Shown: positions 12,552 through 24,274 of the stretch, piece by piece
Layout: each line of letters starts with the position of its first letter
Position numbering within the stretch: position 1 is the first letter of the stretch
Assembly (NCBI RefSeq): GCF_006345805.1
Contig: NW_021835131.1
Span: 1-42,593 of the forward strand
Length of the DNA stretch: 42,593 nucleotides
Direction of reading: 5' to 3'
From: Octopus sinensis
Lineage: Eukaryota
The notes under the pieces: generated by a model
Databases searched by the model: none
What the model saw: only the letters and a program-made list of their open reading frames with translations
Told to the model about the DNA's origin: nothing
Made by a program: the position numbers and the translations under genes

Positions 12552-12735
12552 TAACATTCTGACCATTCCTAAATTTTCAAATCCTAATATTTTGTAACCA
12601 AATAAAAAATTAATATACCATACTAGCTTTTATTTAACCTGCCTAGATTACTAAGAAATTTCATTGTATATATAAATCTGAATATAATGAAATTAGGAAT
12701 TTTTTATTTTGATACTTTCCTATATTAGATGGAAG

Positions 12736-13230
12736 AAAAAATTTCTATATATCTAGGGAAATTACTTGGTTCATCTTGATTACCTCCCTTCCATTACTTT
12801 TTAATATATCTTATTGAATCCTGATATATTTACTAAATTGATAAAGTTTTTCTCCAAAGGTAGTAAATATTATGTCTAACATAATCTTTTAATTCGACTC
12901 ATTAATAAAACAAATCACCATTTACTAGCTAATTATGATTCTCTATTAATAGAAATAGAGATATATTAATATGAAATAATTACAAAAAAATTCTATATAC
13001 CGAGAGAAATTACTTGGTTCATCTTGATTACCTCCCTTCCATTACTTTTTAATATATCTTATTGACTCCTGGATATGTGCTATATTAATAAAGTTTTTTT
13101 TCACCACAGTTAGTAAATACTATATCCAACATTTGCTTTTAATTCAACTCATTAAAAAAATCCCCATTTACTAGCTAATTATGATTATATATTAATAGAA
13201 ATGGATATATAAATATATAAATATGAAATG
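12736..13230 (+). repeat. Two-copy tandem duplication, period about 248 bp
   Basis: GAAATTACTTGGTTCATCTTGATTACCTCCCTTCCATTACTTTTTAATATATCTTATTGA occurs at 12758 and 13006. Confidence 0.9.
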
Positions 13231-14181
13231 ATCTATATATTTTTTCTATCCCTATATAAGATACTAATATTTCTTGAAATTCTTTAGGAAATTGTCTAAA
13301 GAATATTTACTTAGATTTCTTAATATAGAATCTGGATGTCAAATGGTAAGGGACATTAAAATATCGAGAGCACTAGTAGTCTATGTTTCCCTACCCCTCT
13401 AACTTCAACCTACTAGCTTTTTGTTATAATACAAATGTGTCTTAACTGAATTCCTCAAAATGGGAATAGGTTTATGGTTCTGATATTTGTACTACCCCTT
13501 CCTATATCTATAAATAGAAAATATTCTTTGTCTCCATTCAACCAAAAATAAATTCCCCTCCCCATTGACAGACATCAAAGTGAACTAAATGACAAAATCT
13601 ACAGACGGGGAGTGAACATACTACTATCATGTTCTTAAGAATGAAATTAACCTCTCTGTCTATATATCTACCCTCTTTATAATGTTGGCAAATGAAATAG
13701 AGATAAGAATGTGCATTATCCGTTTGACTGGAAAATTCTATAAGTGGCTGAATATTGCTCGACATTTTAAAACTGATGTAATGCTTACAGTGTTTAATAA
13801 AATGAAGTACCATGAAACAATTGTACTGCTCTACCTCGAATATATTTGTTGCTTAATTTGATTATAATCACCCATTTGATTTATATGGATAATACCATAC
13901 CAAATTCTGGTACCTTTGACTTAAAGTACCATATTCATCTGAATCTAAATTTTGCTGATCTTATATATATATATATATATACACATATATACATATATTT
14001 TATAATATATTATTATTGATATCAGGATATCAACATTAGAAAATTCTTCAGAAAAATATATACGTACGTAAAATAATTGCTGTATTAAAAATATAAATAT
14101 ATATAAATATATACTTAAATTTATAAGTATAAATATATAATGTATATGACAGTTTTGAAAGTTTGAATTAAGCTTTCAGAG

Positions 14182-14273
14182 CATCCCACGATCGGTTCAC
14201 AGAAGTACTGTCCCTATAATGAAATCCTATATTGATAAGCATTTATAGACAACTCCTCTGCTCTTCAGAGATA
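14182..14273 (-). ncRNA. Degenerate hammerhead ribozyme with long stem II
   Basis: TATCT-CTGAAGA-GCAGAGG..TGTC-TATAA....TTATAG-GGACA..CTTCTGT-GAAC-CGATCG-TG-GGATG. A15.1 is C and position 17 is G. Confidence 0.6.
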
Positions 14274-14398
14274 TAAACTTTGAATTTTGTATAATATATC
14301 GAATGGTAGTTTTTTTAAAATATGAATTAATACTATAAAATGGTGTTTGTTTCAAATATAAATTAAAATTTAACATTATAAATTACTGCTTTTGATTT

Positions 14399-14490
14399 TG
14401 GTAAATACACTTTAGTATGAGAATCTTTAAATCCATATATAAGGAAGTATATATGGATTTAAAGACTCTCATACTAATGTGTATTTACCA
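14399..14490. repeat. Near-perfect fold-back hairpin (43-bp arms, 6-nt loop)
   Basis: 14399-14441 versus the reverse complement of 14448-14490, 2 mismatches. Confidence 0.95.
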
Positions 14491-14809
14491 TATTTTAAGC
14501 AATATTCTTTAAATAAACATCTTTGACTCTGCAACACTGTGTATAAACTTGGAATGACCAAGTTTAAATACTGCTGGAGCTCGCTCATAAGGTATTGGAA
14601 TCTTACATTGTCTATAAACTCTATATTTGGAAGGACCCATTTTAAATTCTGTTAGATTTTACTCATTAGTTATTGGAATCTTACATATATACCATTCTGC
14701 CTAAAAAATGGATCTACAACTTCAGTATCCCTACATATCTCAAATCTATTTTCTTTCCTCCACCTCACTCTCTATTTCTCAGAGGGTACTCATTTTAACG
14801 ATAGCCAGA

Positions 14810-14900
14810 ACGAATTTTATCGATCCAGAGCGTAAATATGGACGAAATGCCGCTAAGCATTTTTCTTGGCGTGCTAACGATGCTTCCAGCCCGCCGCCTT
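14810..14900 (-). mobile_element. Family B SINE fragment
   Basis: GACGAAATGCCGCTAAGCATTT..GCTAACGATG..CCAGCCCGCCGCC. Confidence 0.7.
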
Positions 14901-14903
14901 TTT

Positions 14904-15097
<194 letters not shown>

Positions 15098-16357
15098 TCT
15101 GAGCAGAATAGGTTATTCAGAGCAGATTAGAAGAGATTCTATAAAGAAATAAATGGAAAGTGTACAGATGAAAATTTGAGGCCAGATAATATTGAAAGTC
15201 AAAGGTTTTGGAGTGACATCTGGCGTAAAGACAAGGAGCACAAGAAGGATGCTGGTTGCAAGAACTAAAACAAATAGTCGTCTGTCCATAACAGGTAGAA
15301 CTAACCATTTCAGTTAAGGAAATGAAGGAAATCAGCAAAAAATGGGTAACTGGAAATCCCCGGGACCAGATGGAGGTCAAGACTTCTGGATCAAAAGATT
15401 TGGTGATTATTTATGCACGAATAGCTGCACAAATCAACACCTTGTCAAATGCCGACCAAGTAACACCAGAGTGGCTGACAATGTGTAAGACATCGAAAAA
15501 GGCAATACAGTAGACAACTACAGGCCGATATCCTGCTTGCTACTTATATCGAAATTATTGACTGGAATATTCGCAGAGTCAATATACGGACATCCAGGAA
15601 AAAGTGGTGTTCTGCCACATGAGCAGAAGGGTTGCAAGCGTAAGTGCAGAGGTACCAAGGATCAACTCCTAGTAGACAAAACTGTACTTAGAGACTGAAA
15701 GTGGAGGAAAATTAACTTAGCAATATCACGGATCCATTATCGTAAGGCGTAAGATATGATTCCACATTCTTGGATTATGGCATGTATGAACTTCCTTGGT
15801 ATTGCATCGAATGTTGAGCAATTGTTTGGAAAAAGTATGGCGAAGTGGCGGACGGAACTGAGAGCGTATGGAGGAAGTTTAGGGACATTAGAAATCACGA
15901 GAGGCATCTTCCAAGGGGACTGCCTGTCCCCACTGATCTTTGTACTGTGCACGATACAACTAACACTGTTTCTGAGGAAAGCAAAGGCTGGATATGTATT
16001 CAAAAGCCGCCAGCAAAATGTCAACTACTTGTTATTCATGGATGACCTCGATACGGTGTATACTTGTATACTTTTAGTGCTGATATCGGAATGGAGTTCG
16101 GACTGAAAAAGTGTGTAGTGTTAGTCTTTCAGAGAGGCAAAATCAAATGTATGGACGGGCTAGCGATACATTCGTGGGACGTTACGAAGCAGATAGACGA
16201 GACGGGCTATAGGTACTTGGGGATATTGGAAATGGATAAATTGATGGAGAAAAAAAATGAAAGAAAAATATAAGGTGGAGTATTTGCGCAGACTGTGACT
16301 GATCCTTAAGTCGAAATTAAACGGACGGAATAAGATTGAAGCTATCAACACCTGGAG
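15098..16357 (+). pseudogene. R4/Dong-clade non-LTR retrotransposon reverse transcriptase fragment, decayed
   Basis: Across frames: [108 protein letters not shown]. Confidence 0.9.
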
Positions 16358-16369
16358 GAAAACAAGCGG

Positions 16370-16509
16370 GAGGAGGAGAAGAAGGAGGAGAAAAAAGGGG
16401 AGGAGGGAAACAAGGAGGAGGAGGAGAACAAGCAGGAGAAGAAGAAGAAGAAGAAGAAGAAGAAGAAGAAGAAGAAGAAGAAGAAGAAGAAGAAGAAGAA
16501 GAAGAAGAA
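16370..16509. repeat. (GGA)n/(GAA)n purine tract
   Basis: Direct inspection. Confidence 0.95.
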
Positions 16510-16539
16510 CTACAGCATAAAGCCTGAAATTCTGTAAGT

Positions 16540-16725
16540 GGGAGCTAGCCAATTACATAAACCTTAGGGTTCCACAGGTACTGATTTTCGTGATCCAGAA
16601 AGACTGAAAGGCAAAGTTGACATCACCGGAATTTGAACTCAGAACGTAAGCCGTAAAGAAATTCCGCTAAGCATTTGTTACGACTGACTAACGGCGTGCA
16701 AACGACTCAGGCCAACTTACCGCCT
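16540..16725 (-). mobile_element. Degenerate family B SINE
   Basis: TGAAAGGCAAAGTTGAC..GGAATTTGAACTCAGAACGTA..CGCTAAGCATTT. Confidence 0.7.
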
Positions 16726-17104
16726 TCCTGGTTAATGGCAACTTAGTTTTGCCTGCCTCTGCCGGAAAAGTTTCAAGATGAAAAAGATGAAAAAGGAAGA
16801 TTTTGGCCGAGACGTGTATTGTCCAGGGTGTCTAATCTTGTTTTACAATTATGTTACTTCAATTACCTGAAATATTAAAATTTAAATAATATCCCGGAAT
16901 CTTCCGCTCGTAAAATCGCACCGTTTTGGCAGTAAAACAGAGACAAGGGGGCACAGGGAATTCAGATGTGTGGAATGTCGGGGTGGGTGGGGGGTGGGGC
17001 GCTTGGAACATTCTTCCAACGTTTCAAAGTGAAACTGATTAACTATTTACAAGCATCAAAATAATCAACACCGTTCTATTTAATCATCAATATTATACAC
17101 GTCA

Positions 17105-17960
17105 GAATCATCATTATTATCGTGGTCATCATCATCATCATCACCTTTATCATCATCATCATCATCATCATTATTATCATCATCATCGCCATCATCATCA
17201 TCGCCATCATCATCGCTATCATCATCATTATCATCATCATCATCATAATTATGTTCATCATCACCACCACCAACAAAACCACCACCACCACCATGATGAT
17301 GATCTTCATCTTCAACAATGACCCATCATCATTATCATCACCACCACCACCGACACCGCCTTCATTATAATGATCGTCATCATCACATTCATCCCACCAC
17401 TACCACCACTACCATCATCATCGTCATCATCATCATTTTGATCATCTTCAACAATGAACCGCTATTATCATCATCACCTTTATTATCATCCTAATAGTCG
17501 TCATCATCTCATCATCCTTCTCGTCATCAGTGTTGTTGTTGTCATCATCATCATTGTCATCATCATCACCATCATCATCATTTTCGTCATCATTGTGGTT
17601 GTCATCGTCATCATCATTGTCATCATCATCATCATCGCCATCGTCGTCGTCATCCTCCTCCTCCTCCTCCTCCTCCTCCTCTTCCTTCTCCTCCTCATCA
17701 TCTTATTAGCACGAACGACACCAATCTCACCTCGATCATCTTCATCACGATCTGCGTCTATGTCTCATCCTCCTCATTACCATCGTCATCGTCAGCTAAT
17801 TACCACTATCCGCCGCCGCCGCTCTACCCTCGTTGTCATGAACACCATCGTTGTTATCGCTGTTCTAATTTCCATTTCCATCATAAACATCGACATTAAT
17901 ATCGCATCGCCATCGTTGCATTATCATCGTCGCCATCATAATCATTACCACCACCGCCAG
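17105..17960. repeat. Degenerate (CAT)n/(CAC)n/(CCT)n trinucleotide tract
   Basis: Direct inspection. Accounts for ORFs 17076-17981. Confidence 0.92.
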
Positions 17961-18116
17961 TACCCTCACCGAAAACCATAATCCTTTCTCTGCAATCGCC
18001 GCCATCTCCATCATTTATATCGTCTTCATCTTTGCCGGTCTAATTACAGTTTTCACTCTCACCGTCACCATTGCTATCCTTATGTTTCTAAAGCAGCCTT
18101 CTTTATTATCTGTAAT

Positions 18117-18530
18117 AGGCGCAGGAGAGGCTGTGTGGTAAAAAGCTTGCGTGCCAGTCACATGGTTCTGGGTTCAATCCCACTGCGTGGTATATTGGGC
18201 AAGTGTCTTCTACTATAGCCTCAAGTCGACCAAAGACTCGTGAGTGGATTTGGTCGACGGAAACTGAAAGAATCCCATCGTATATATATATAATATAGTG
18301 TGTGTGTGTGTGTGTGTGTGCGTGTGTGTGGTGTATGTGTGTGTGTGTGTGTGTGTCTGTTTGTCCATCGCTTGGCAACCGATATTGGTGTGTTTACGTT
18401 CCCGGCAAAAGAAAGCGAGAAAGTCCTAGGCTTACTAGAATAAGTCAGTCCTGGGGTCGATCTGTTCGACTAAAGGTGGTGCCCCAGCAGGGCTGCAGTC
18501 AAATGACTGAAGCAAAAGGATAAAAGAATA
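18117..18530 (+). mobile_element. Family C SINE, full length
   Basis: AGGCGCAGGAGAGGCTGTGTGG..GGTTCAATCCC..(TA)n(TG)n..GCAGTCAAATGACTGAA. Confidence 0.88.
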
Positions 18531-18567
18531 TATATACATTTATCTATTTTAAATAATTGATACGGAA

Positions 18568-18697
18568 GGTATTGTGTACTGTAAGTTTTATTTAGCACTA
18601 TGATCGTTTCGGCTTACTTCTGCACTACTACCTAGTGAGTAGGGAACGTTCTTCATTCATCACCGTGCTAAATAAATCTTACAGTACAAACAGTACC
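18568..18697 (-). ncRNA. Inverted repeat enclosing a degenerate hammerhead core
   Basis: Arms 18575-18598 and 18665-18688 (23 of 24 paired). The minus strand between them reads G-GTGATGA..GAAA-CGATCA-TA. Confidence 0.5.
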
Positions 18698-18724
18698 GCG
18701 GTTGACGCCTATTATCTGTAATTA

Positions 18725-19135
18725 CTTATCCAGATTACATGTTCAGGTTTATACCTGTAATTATTGGTGCCATGGGATATGTAAAACATTGCCTAAACAC
18801 CGATCTCGAGAAATTAGGCAACTCAAAACCAGAAAGGAAAAAGTTAATTCGAAGGCTACAGATCCAATCCAACACTGTAACTGTAAAAATTTGTAAAAGT
18901 TCTCAGAAGTTTATCATTTAAATATATTTGAGCATGTCTAGATATGTAACTTTATGCGTGAGAATACATTCATAAAACATACAAATCTGCAGATACATAC
19001 ATACATACATATATACATACATACATACATACCCTGTTGTTGGTGTTGAAATTCCAAAGAAGGAGCCTTGGGTCTAGGTTAGAAATCGGTTCTTTCTTTA
19101 TTGGCAAGAAATCTTGAAATGAACTGAATAATGAC
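18725..19135 (+). mobile_element. 3' end of an RLE-type (R4/Dong-like) LINE
   Basis: FRFIPVIIGAMGYVKHCL..LIRRLQIQS..TVKICK* matches the P[VI]IIGALG..Q...GT..I RLE C-terminus. 3' UTR associated with (TACA)n. Confidence 0.75.
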
Positions 19136-19503
19136 ATACATACACACACATATCCATACACACACACAAACACACATACGCACACATATATACTAATTTA
19201 TATATATATATACGTGTCGGTGTGTATAGTATGTAAATAATGTATACACGTATAAGATATATAATGTGTATATATATATTTTTATCCTGACAATTCATTG
19301 TTTTACAACACTGAAGCGTTAATCATCACTTTTCGAAATGCAATCCATGGTATCTGATTATATCGTGAGTTTTCTCTTGTAAATCAATTTTTGTGAACCC
19401 ATGGATAGATAAAAAAATTTTTAGTCGAATGAATCTCGCCTCGTTGTAATCCGTTACGTCTTGAATAGGCCCACGCCAAATTCAAAATAATTTCAGTGCA
19501 TAC

Positions 19504-19581
<78 letters not shown>

Positions 19582-19833
19582 GACGCACACACACACATAT
19601 AGGGCTAGCTTCTTTCAGTCTCCGTCTACCAAAGCCATTTACAATGCTTTGGCCAGCTTGCGGCAATAGTGGAAGACACCTCAGGTGCCATACATTTATA
19701 TATATCTCTTATATACATTACAATTACCTATAAATCATACGTACATTAGAATAACGCATACACCACCCAACACAACACACACACACATATATATACTTAT
19801 ATGTATAATTATATGTACACATATATATATATA

Positions 19834-20812
19834 TGTTATGCAGATGATACAAAGTTCACAGCAATACAGAACCCTGAAGACACTAAGCACCTGCAATGTT
19901 GCTGGACGAAATATACAAGTGGGCTGAAAAGAATAGCATGCAGTTCAATGCTGAAAAGTTCAAGCTTTATACTATCAGCATGCAAAACTGATGCAATACC
20001 CAATGAATACACTGGACCCGGAGGGATTGCAATCCCAGAGGCACAATCAGTGCGTGACCTGGGTATTCACATGATTGATGACGTGACCTTTCATGTACAT
20101 GTTGCTAAACTGACATGAAATGCAGACGGCTGGCTGGTTGGATTCTTAGAACCTTTAGAACAAGAGAACAAGAAACCATGATGGTCCTCTGAAGACACTT
20201 GTCCTAAGCCACTTTGACTATTGCTCTCAGCTATGGTCACCATCCAGTGTCAAGTTGATCACAGAACTTGAGGCGATCCAACGAAGCTACACGAAGAAGA
20301 TAGCCTCTATGCAGAATGTAAGCTACTGAGAAAGACTCAAGAGATTAAAATTATATTCCCTGGAGCGTAGGCGGGAAAGATATGCCATAATATACATCTG
20401 GAAGATCCTGGAGGGAAGTGTCCTGAACTTTGACATCGAGAGTTACGCAAATGCCAGAACTGGGCGCCACTGCGTGGTGCCTAGGACTCCAAACTTGCCA
20501 TCAAGATGTAGGACAAGATTCTGTGATAGCCTGGGCTTCCGAGGCCCACAGCTCTTCAATATCCTCCCGAAGAACCTGAGAGACCTGCATGGGGTGGATA
20601 CAGATGTCTTTAAAATGAAGCTGGATCTCTTCCTGTCAGGTGTCCCAGATGAACCAACTTCACGGCAGGAGGGGCAGATGAGGGCAGCTGCATCGAACTC
20701 TCTCATGCACCAAATAGCAGTTGCTAGAAGCCTTCATGAGTGAAACCAAGTAGCAACACCAAATGGCGGTGCCCCCGCATGGCCACAGCTCATAAGCTGA
20801 AACTAGAATCAA
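19834..20812 (+). pseudogene. CR1-group LINE, 3' half of ORF2 (RT from YADD to the end) plus 3' tail
   Basis: YADDTK, MQFNAEKF, VRDLGI, GWILRTFRTRE, SHFDYCSQLWSP, LEAIQRSYTKKI, RLKRLKLYSLERRRERY, GPQLFNILPKNLR..FKMKLDLFLSGVPDEP. Stops and frameshifts present. Confidence 0.9.
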
Positions 20813-20934
20813 ACAATCATCATATAATATATATATATATATAATATATATATATATATAATCTTATTGTATAGTTATATGTACATATATATATATATAC
20901 ATACATATATAAATATATATATATATACATATAC

Positions 20935-20965
<31 letters not shown>

Positions 20966-21019
20966 CATATACACACACACGTACACACATATCTATATCT
21001 GTATCAATCTATTAAATCA

Positions 21020-21020
21020 A

Positions 21021-21108
<88 letters not shown>
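21020..21108. repeat. (TATC)n microsatellite
   Basis: Direct inspection. Confidence 0.95.
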
Positions 21109-21109
<1 letters not shown>

Positions 21110-21539
21110 GTATACATATCTACATATATTTATTCACTTATACAGAGCGAGTTAGTGGGAGGGAAGGATCGTGAGAGGTTGTGCTCTTTTTTCTCCACGT
21201 CTAACCACAAAATATTGTAACGTTTCCTTTTCTCTCTTTTATATTTTAAAATCAATAACTAATTTTTTCTTCAATTATGTTGCTTTCATCTTTCATATTC
21301 TTCTTCTTTCTGCTACACAGTCACCTGAATGTCTTTAGATTTCTTTTTTTTCTTCATTTTCTTCTTCAAACAATTGCTTGCTCTTTCGAAAAATGCCAGG
21401 TGTATTCTCCTAATTTCTATGCAAACGATACGAGTCTGAATAATTAAAGTATAGCTGTATTTTCAATTTGTTGTCTTTTATATCAACTTACATCTTTTAT
21501 CACAAGTTAATTGATAAGCAAAAAGAAACCGAGACAATA

Positions 21540-21566
21540 TCATATATACACACAGACATCTATATG

Positions 21567-21598
<32 letters not shown>

Positions 21599-21868
21599 CA
21601 TTCATACATACATATATACACACACATACATACATACATACACATATATATACATTCATACATACATACATACATACATACATACATACATGCATACGTA
21701 TATATATAAATTCATACATACGTACATACATTCATACATACATACATACATATATACACACACATACATACATACATATATATATATACATTCATACATA
21801 CATACATTCATACATACATACATACATATATACACATACATACATACATATATACACACATACATACA

Positions 21869-21904
<36 letters not shown>

Positions 21905-21994
21905 TATATACACACATACATACAATCATACATACATACATATACACACATACATGCATACATACATACATACATACATACATACATACATACA

Positions 21995-22030
<36 letters not shown>
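21540..22030. repeat. (TACA)n microsatellite
   Basis: Direct inspection. Accounts for the YIHT and MYVC ORFs. Confidence 0.97.
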
Positions 22031-22322
22031 TATATAAATGTATATATATATATATGTATGTCTGTATGTATTTTACATACATTTACATAGCTTTATATAT
22101 GTGTATATTGATTCCACCCCCCCCAAAAAAAAATATGCCTAAACGAAACTATATAAGAATGTTAGCGGAGTGCGGTTGGGTGATGTGTGTTGCATATTCA
22201 CGCTTATATGCACGGCTTATCTCTATATCTCTTCTTTTCCTCCTCTTCACCACTCCCACTCGCTAAAACCATATACGCATATTCGCACATATAAGCCCAT
22301 GTACACCTCTCTCTCTTCCCAA

Positions 22323-22396
<74 letters not shown>

Positions 22397-22674
22397 GTGT
22401 GTGTGTGTGTATGTATGTATGTAAATATACGTTTATATATTTATACACGTATCCACGAGTTTCTTAATACCTCATTCAATGCATATTTATATTGTAGTAA
22501 CACGGAAATCGATATGTAATTTAGATCGTATTAGAACTTACGATAATAGATATATGGTAGCATACATACGAAGAATATATGGGAATTTCAATTTTAATCT
22601 TGAATATCAGGTTTATGCCATTCACATCCACACAGGCATATCTGTCTGCGTATATGTGCGTGTATATATATATG

Positions 22675-22675
22675 C

Positions 22676-22770
<95 letters not shown>
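22675..22770. repeat. (TA)n-(GA)n microsatellite
   Basis: Direct inspection. Confidence 0.95.
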
Positions 22771-22772
<2 letters not shown>

Positions 22773-23175
22773 CGAGAAGGAGAGAAGGGGAGAGAGATAG
22801 AGAGGTAGAGGGAGAGAGTGAAAGAGAGACAAAGACAATGAGAAAGGGAGAGACAGACAAAGAGACAGAGAGGGGGTGATGGATAGATGGATAGATAGAC
22901 AGGAAGATCCACAGGCTGACAGGTATATATGTATACCTATAGTCATATCAACATATATATATATTTATATATATATGTATATTTATATATTTATACATGT
23001 ATATGTTTTATACATATGAATATATATATATATATTGGTAAAAACGGTAAGATAACAAAAGAAAGAAAGAGACCTCAATATTATGTAAATAGAGGAAACT
23101 CAGAGTTTTATCTTGACTATTGTATAATGGTAACATTTTAATTTACAGATATAAATATATATATATATATATATA

Positions 23176-24245
23176 CTAGCAAACGCACCCGTTTCTTTGG
23201 ACGGTTTAAGTCTCTTAGGTGGTACTTTTTTCCCCAAATGATTGAACTACCTAGAAGGTTTATTAGTAGCACGACAATCTATGTTTCCTATAAACCTAGG
23301 AACAGAAAACCAAATTGAAGGCTGGTTATTGTGGAGGTCGTTGCACTTAAATGATGATAGAACATATAAGGTTGCAAGCGATGCAAAGTAGAGCTACTGA
23401 AGTATTTTTGGAGTAGATTACAGATATAGTTGTTTTACATGAAAGCGAAATATCTTATCAGAAACAGCCACATAAATGGTGTAAAGAAATTGAGGGAAGA
23501 CGTTGAAACTTACCCTCTGCGAGTTTATTTCGTTCAAAAGCAAAGGAAGCCATTTTTTCGGAGAGAAGTATTATTGGTACATTAAAAAATGGCAATATAA
23601 TACCTACTTGAAAAAGCAGAGTTAAAGGAATGTATTTGCTACATGCTACAGTGTACGCTCACTCTGGAATTGACTTCAGGTAACGAAAAATGAAGACATG
23701 AAGATTTTAACTGCAATTTGCAGTGAAAAAATGTCACGTTGAAAGGTAGAAAGATAATTGCGAAGTTGTAATGACGGTAAAAATGAGCGGGATACATGTA
23801 TACGTACTCAAAATAACCAGTATGAGTCTGAGTTTTATTCTGAGCAGAGTTTACTTAAAGTTGTTCCCCTGCATATAACGACAGTCATTACTAAGGTATT
23901 ATGAAGGATTGAAAGGGATCACGTTCGCCGGTAACGCACAATGAAAATTGGAGAATGATTGCATTGTATTCGAGTTTTTAGCCATTCAGACCAAAGTCAG
24001 AACGTTGCCCAGTCTACACCACGAGGATGCAAACTCTTGTGGACCATCCCACGCCATCCCGCGCCGTCTCATGTCGGTGTGTCGAAACAACTGCTAAAGA
24101 TTCGACCTGAAAAACCATGTTGATGTATTGGTGAAAGAGGTAGCCATGTAGTCGATGGTGTGGCTTCATCGGGACGGCAGAGCATCCTTGCTGCTCTCAG
24201 ATAGATGTTCGGTCACTCCTTATGATAGCTTTGAAGTTGGGCCCG
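23176..24245 (-). mobile_element. Probable Helitron-derived segment (3' end supported, extent uncertain)
   Basis: Minus strand ends with hairpin CCGT..ACGG, about 11 nt, then CTAG followed by T, the same architecture as 33543. LHGYLFHQYINMVFQVES at about 24100-24155 weakly recalls the Helitron Rep motif GRLFHQY.VD....IES. Confidence 0.5.
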
Positions 24246-24274
24246 TCTATATGTCGGCGTTGTATCGCAATTGT

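Larger units (their letters stand above)
11828..13866. mobile_element. Penelope-like element remnant with about 450-bp inverted arms
   Basis: 11828-12287 is the reverse complement of 13418-13866; the near-identical spurious ORFs 11860-12108(+) and 13538-13813(-) reflect this. A GIY-YIG remnant lies between the arms. Confidence 0.75.

Noticed and set aside
17076-17981. ORFs up to 175 aa rich in I, H or M
   Set aside because: Translations of a degenerate (CAT)n tract, open in several frames, with no domain content.
21468-22266. Longest listed ORFs (189 and 251 aa, YIHT repeats)
   Set aside because: (TACA)n contains no stop codons, so these are microsatellite artefacts. The same applies to 38463-38999 and the TA, TAA and GAA ORFs.
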